Positions 60,406 to 64,000 of a DNA stretch of 64,000 bases are shown here, in pieces. How positions within the stretch are numbered: position 1 is the first letter of the stretch; each line of letters begins with the position of its first letter. The stretch lies in IMG/VR virus record IMGVR_UViG_3300049436_000052, positions 270,327-334,326 of that record; one strand, given 5' to 3'. The position numbers were made by a program, and so were the translations under genes. The notes under the pieces are model-generated. The model was not told the origin of the DNA. It saw only the letters and a list, made by a program, of their open reading frames with translations, and ran no database searches. Source of the stretch: a virus.

Positions 60406-60661
60406 TTTCCTTAATTAAAATACAAATTTACTCGTTTAAATTCAATTAACCAAATTTATTTAGTTAAAATATATTAAAAATAAACATAACCGCTATTTTC
60501 GGCAAAGAAATCATTTATCATATTTACTACTTTATCAAACATAACTTGAAGAATTTATTTCAAGCAATGACAATAATTCCTTATTTTTACATAAATACTC
60601 AAAAATTTAAAAAAATATTTTAATAGATTATCATAGTATTTATAATAAAAAAATATTTCAC

Positions 60662-61201
60662 ATGAAACTTGATAACAATATATTAAATATTATCAACGAA
60701 GAAATATCGCAAAGTTTTAATTTTTTAAGCAATGATGATATTTTAAAAGAACAGGAAGAGAATCAATTGTTAAATAATGAAGATTTTCAAAAACAATTTA
60801 TTTGCGATTCTTTATTAAATACAAGCAATAAGATAAAATTTATTGAATTTGGTGATGGAAATATTGGAGGGAATTGGGAAGAAGACCCTGAAAATGCTAC
60901 TAATTTATCTATTGATCAATACATTAAATTAGAATTTAAATACGATTCTGAAAAAGATCCTATTGTTCTGGAATTAAATTTTGATGGTGATATTTCAATA
61001 ATTAAAAGCGATTCTTCAGAACAAGGTGATTATAATAGACCATCATATAGTGAAGCATGGTTTAATGGTTTTGATTGGAATGATGTTAATGTTTCTTTAT
61101 ATGATTCTAATGGTAATAAAATTGAATTTGTTGCATTAAAAAAAGCTCCAAATAATATTAGAATATTGTTTGTAAAAATAATATTAGAATATTGTTTATA
61201 A
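60662..61201 (+). CDS. Hypothetical acidic protein with IINEEI motif
   Basis: AGTATTTATA at 60635-60644 upstream. Confidence 0.55.
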   Translation: MKLDNNILNIINEEISQSFNFLSNDDILKEQEENQLLNNEDFQKQFICDSLLNTSNKIKFIEFGDGNIGGNWEEDPENATNLSIDQYIKLEFKYDSEKDPIVLELNFDGDISIIKSDSSEQGDYNRPSYSEAWFNGFDWNDVNVSLYDSNGNKIEFVALKKAPNNIRILFVKIILEYCL

Positions 61202-61260
61202 GAGAATGTTATAATTTTCAACAAAAATAATTAATTTTGTTAAAAATTTTTATAAAATGT

Positions 61261-62496
61261 TTAAATTAAACTTAATTTTATTGGCTGTAACACACAACCT
61301 CTACAAACTAAATTATTGAAATAATTTTCATTTGCTACATTTATTTTTCTTAACATCCCCAAAGAACCATTTATATCTGCGTTTAGTGTAATTCCTGTTG
61401 ATGATCTAAATAAACCTCTTTTAATTCTTCTTCCTAAATATTTTTTAGAATATTTCATTTCTTCATTTGATAGGTGATCAGATTTTGAAGTATAACTTTC
61501 TTCAGTTAATAAAACTTCTATTCCTACTTCTTCTGCCTTATATTTAATCATGTTAATTAAATTATCAAATGGAATGTTAACAAAATTCTGATTATTTTTC
61601 TTATTTAAATTACATTCTTGTTTCCAATTATCATTTTTACCAATAACAATTTTTCCAACATCATGTTTAATACATAATTCTATTAACCATTTACTTGCTT
61701 TATGTAGATAATCATCTATTTTATTTTTTCTTTTTAATGTAATTCTATTTAATTTTTTTGAAAAGTTTTTGTTATTAACAATTTTAATAACCGATTTTTC
61801 TTTGGAAATTAATTTATTATAATATTGATTTATAGTTTTTAATGGTCTACCGTTAACCAAATATGATAATGGTTTTTCTTGGTTTGATGTTATAGCCAAT
61901 AAATTATTCACACCCAAATCAATCCCTATTACATTATTTTTATTTAATTTTAATTCTTTAATGTCTTTTTCATATACAATTTCTATTTTAATCTTATTAT
62001 TTTTTGGTACTAATCTAATTTCTTTTAGTTTGTTTTTTGTTATTTTTGAATTAATGCTGTAATCTGATTTTGGTATTTTAATTTTGTTTTCTTTATTGTA
62101 AGATAAATTTTGTTTAGGAAAAATACAAACAAAATATCCTTTCTTATCCAAGTATTTTGGAAGACTTGGTTTACCTAAATATTTATTTGGATTTTTTACA
62201 TAATCTTTTATAGATCTAAAGAAACTTAACCAATTTCTATCTAATAATTTTAATACTTGTTGAGATGTCTGTGCTGGTAAATCTTTATAGGTTTCATGGG
62301 ATTTAACTAAATTATATAATTCATGATATCTAATCCAATTAGCGTATTCAACTAAGCCTTGTTCTTTTTCTTTAGAAGATTTAATAAATTCTTGTCTAAT
62401 TATATAATTAGAATAATTATAAAGATTTTTTGCTTTATGACAAAAATCAAAAAGTATTTTATCAGATTTAATATGTGATTCTATTCTGGTTGGCAT
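61261..62496 (-). CDS. tnpB: TnpB of an IS607-family element
   Basis: KNLYN, GIDLG..N, DYLHKAS, ESYTSK, NADING. Confidence 0.88.
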   Translation of the reverse strand: MPTRIESHIKSDKILFDFCHKAKNLYNYSNYIIRQEFIKSSKEKEQGLVEYANWIRYHELYNLVKSHETYKDLPAQTSQQVLKLLDRNWLSFFRSIKDYVKNPNKYLGKPSLPKYLDKKGYFVCIFPKQNLSYNKENKIKIPKSDYSINSKITKNKLKEIRLVPKNNKIKIEIVYEKDIKELKLNKNNVIGIDLGVNNLLAITSNQEKPLSYLVNGRPLKTINQYYNKLISKEKSVIKIVNNKNFSKKLNRITLKRKNKIDDYLHKASKWLIELCIKHDVGKIVIGKNDNWKQECNLNKKNNQNFVNIPFDNLINMIKYKAEEVGIEVLLTEESYTSKSDHLSNEEMKYSKKYLGRRIKRGLFRSSTGITLNADINGSLGMLRKINVANENYFNNLVCRGCVLQPIKLSLI

Positions 62497-63071
62497 AATT
62501 CTTCAACAAGGTTTTTTCTTTTATTTGAATATAATTTCATTGAATATGAATGTAATAAAGTAACGATTTCTTCAAAAATTTCTTCTGAATCTAATTTAGG
62601 ATTTCCTATTTCACTAATAACTTCAATATTTGTTCCATATTTTTCGAATAATACTTTAAACAATTCAAATCCAATCCTAGATAATCTATCTTTATATGTT
62701 ATGATAATTCTTTCAATTTTTCCATCAATAACATCATTAATTAAATTAAAAAGTTCTTTTCTATTTTCAAAATTAATACCTGAAGCAATATCATATTTGA
62801 TTTCATTAATAGAATAACCTTTATTAAAACACCATTGTTTTAATAAATTAATTTGATTTTCAAGATCTTTTTTTTGTTTTATTATGGATACTCTTGCATA
62901 TATTATAGTTTTTCTATTCATTTCTTTATTTAAGAAATCATAAATAGATTTATCATCATAAGAATATCTACCATTAGGTAGTGTAGTTGTTTTTACATAT
63001 CCCAATTTAACATATTTGGTTAGTGTTGGTCTACTTATTTTCAATAAATTCAGGACATCATTTGCCTTCAT
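62481..63071 (-). CDS. tnpA: IS607-family serine recombinase transposase
   Basis: N-terminal HTH, IYARVS, DIASG, KDRLSR; overlaps tnpB. Confidence 0.9.
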   Translation of the reverse strand: MKANDVLNLLKISRPTLTKYVKLGYVKTTTLPNGRYSYDDKSIYDFLNKEMNRKTIIYARVSIIKQKKDLENQINLLKQWCFNKGYSINEIKYDIASGINFENRKELFNLINDVIDGKIERIIITYKDRLSRIGFELFKVLFEKYGTNIEVISEIGNPKLDSEEIFEEIVTLLHSYSMKLYSNKRKNLVEELCQPE

Positions 63072-63382
63072 TGTATATTTTTAATATAAATACGTTAAAA
63101 ATTATTAAAAGTAAATATTTTTTAATAAAATTATTTAAAATATTTATTATTTTTATTAATTTTGTGCGTTTTTTTTAATATTTAATTTATTAATTATTTT
63201 AACTGTTCCAAATATCTTCTATAATTATTTATTTTGCTTTCTAATTTTCTTTTTTCAAAACCATCCATATCAGGATTATTTCTTATTTTTTCTTCATTTT
63301 CTTGAATTTTTGCTTCATAAATATCAATTATAACATTTTTTGGTAAAGCCATTTTATAGAATATTATTATTAGATGATATTA

Positions 63383-63598
63383 TTACCATTTTTTTAATGG
63401 ACAATAACTTTTTGAATTTCTTACTTTAGCTGGTGTAAAACACCCACATTTTGAACAAATATTATTTAATAATAATTTTGGACATTGAATACAAATAGCC
63501 ATTCTTTCTTTGGCTTGTTTTTCTGTCTCAGGATTTGGAAATATATAATTTTTCCAACCATCATAAATTTCTTTTAATTTTTCTTCTACACTTATCAT
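63383..63598 (-). CDS. Small Cys-rich protein (DUF6171-like)
   Basis: ER..IC..CP...C..CGCF...K...CP..KW. Confidence 0.55.
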   Translation of the reverse strand: MISVEEKLKEIYDGWKNYIFPNPETEKQAKERMAICIQCPKLLLNNICSKCGCFTPAKVRNSKSYCPLKKW

Positions 63599-64000
63599 AA
63601 TTTATTTTTATTTAAACCTGTCTATTTAATGTAGTTTGAAACGCTTGTACTAGTGAATATAAGTTAGACACATCTATATCAGTTAATCCATTTCCTATGC
63701 TTGCAAATGCGCATTGTTTTGAATCAAAATATTGACCTCCATTTCTTGAAAAAAGAAATACATTACCACTATCATACGAACTACTAAAATCTGTAGTGTT
63801 GGTAGATCCTTGTTGGGTTGCATTTTTAAAGCCTTTGAAAACAATATTAGATGTTCTTGTAGCCGTAAATAACCCTCTTGTATCGGTTTGAGAAGCACCT
63901 ATTGCATTAGCTAAACCACCTAAAATAAATGTATATAGACTACTTTTTAGGTTCATTTGGATGAACTTATTATTGACAAAATAACCAATACTTAAAATAT

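Noticed and set aside
1-64000. Stop-codon reassignment or suppressor tRNAs
   Set aside because: Long conserved genes are intact in code 11, TAG and TGA end normal genes, and no CUA/UCA anticodon tRNA was seen

Overview
This is an extremely AT-rich, gene-dense segment (roughly 20-25% GC by eye, genetic code 11) of a large/jumbo dsDNA phage. The host is probably a Bacteroidota, judging from recurrent TAnnTTTG -7 promoter elements and the absence of Shine-Dalgarno motifs. It contains a parS-like palindrome next to a GC-rich island (~1.3 kb) and a plus-strand array of ~25 short acidic paralogous ORFs (1.6-7.8 kb). It also carries nucleotide metabolism genes (GMP reductase/IMPDH, dATP/dGTP diphosphohydrolase-HAD-LAGLIDADG fusion, intein-containing ribonucleotide reductase) and RNA repair/stress genes (RtcB, RlaP-like nucleotidyltransferase, HD hydrolase, ATP-grasp, metallophosphoesterase). 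VWA and AAA proteins, two TnpB elements (a solo IS200/IS605-type and an IS607) and 16 tRNA genes in four minus-strand clusters are also present. Main discovery: each of the four tRNA clusters is preceded by a short leader-peptide ORF, absent from the ORF track, whose codons match the amino acids of the tRNAs in that cluster. The matches are QHPQPQHPQ for Pro/His/Gln, L/D/E for Leu/Asp/Glu, YYYSKSYKK for Lys/Tyr and SISRINRNGNFMSCFFRRNSI for Cys/Ile/Phe/Asn/Met/Arg/Arg/Ser. Each leader is followed by an intrinsic terminator whose 5' arm is complementary to the end of the leader. This is the architecture of ribosome-mediated transcription attenuation, applied here to tRNA genes. The phage appears to sense depletion of particular charged tRNAs and switch on the matching replacements. 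All calls were made by eye, without database searches.
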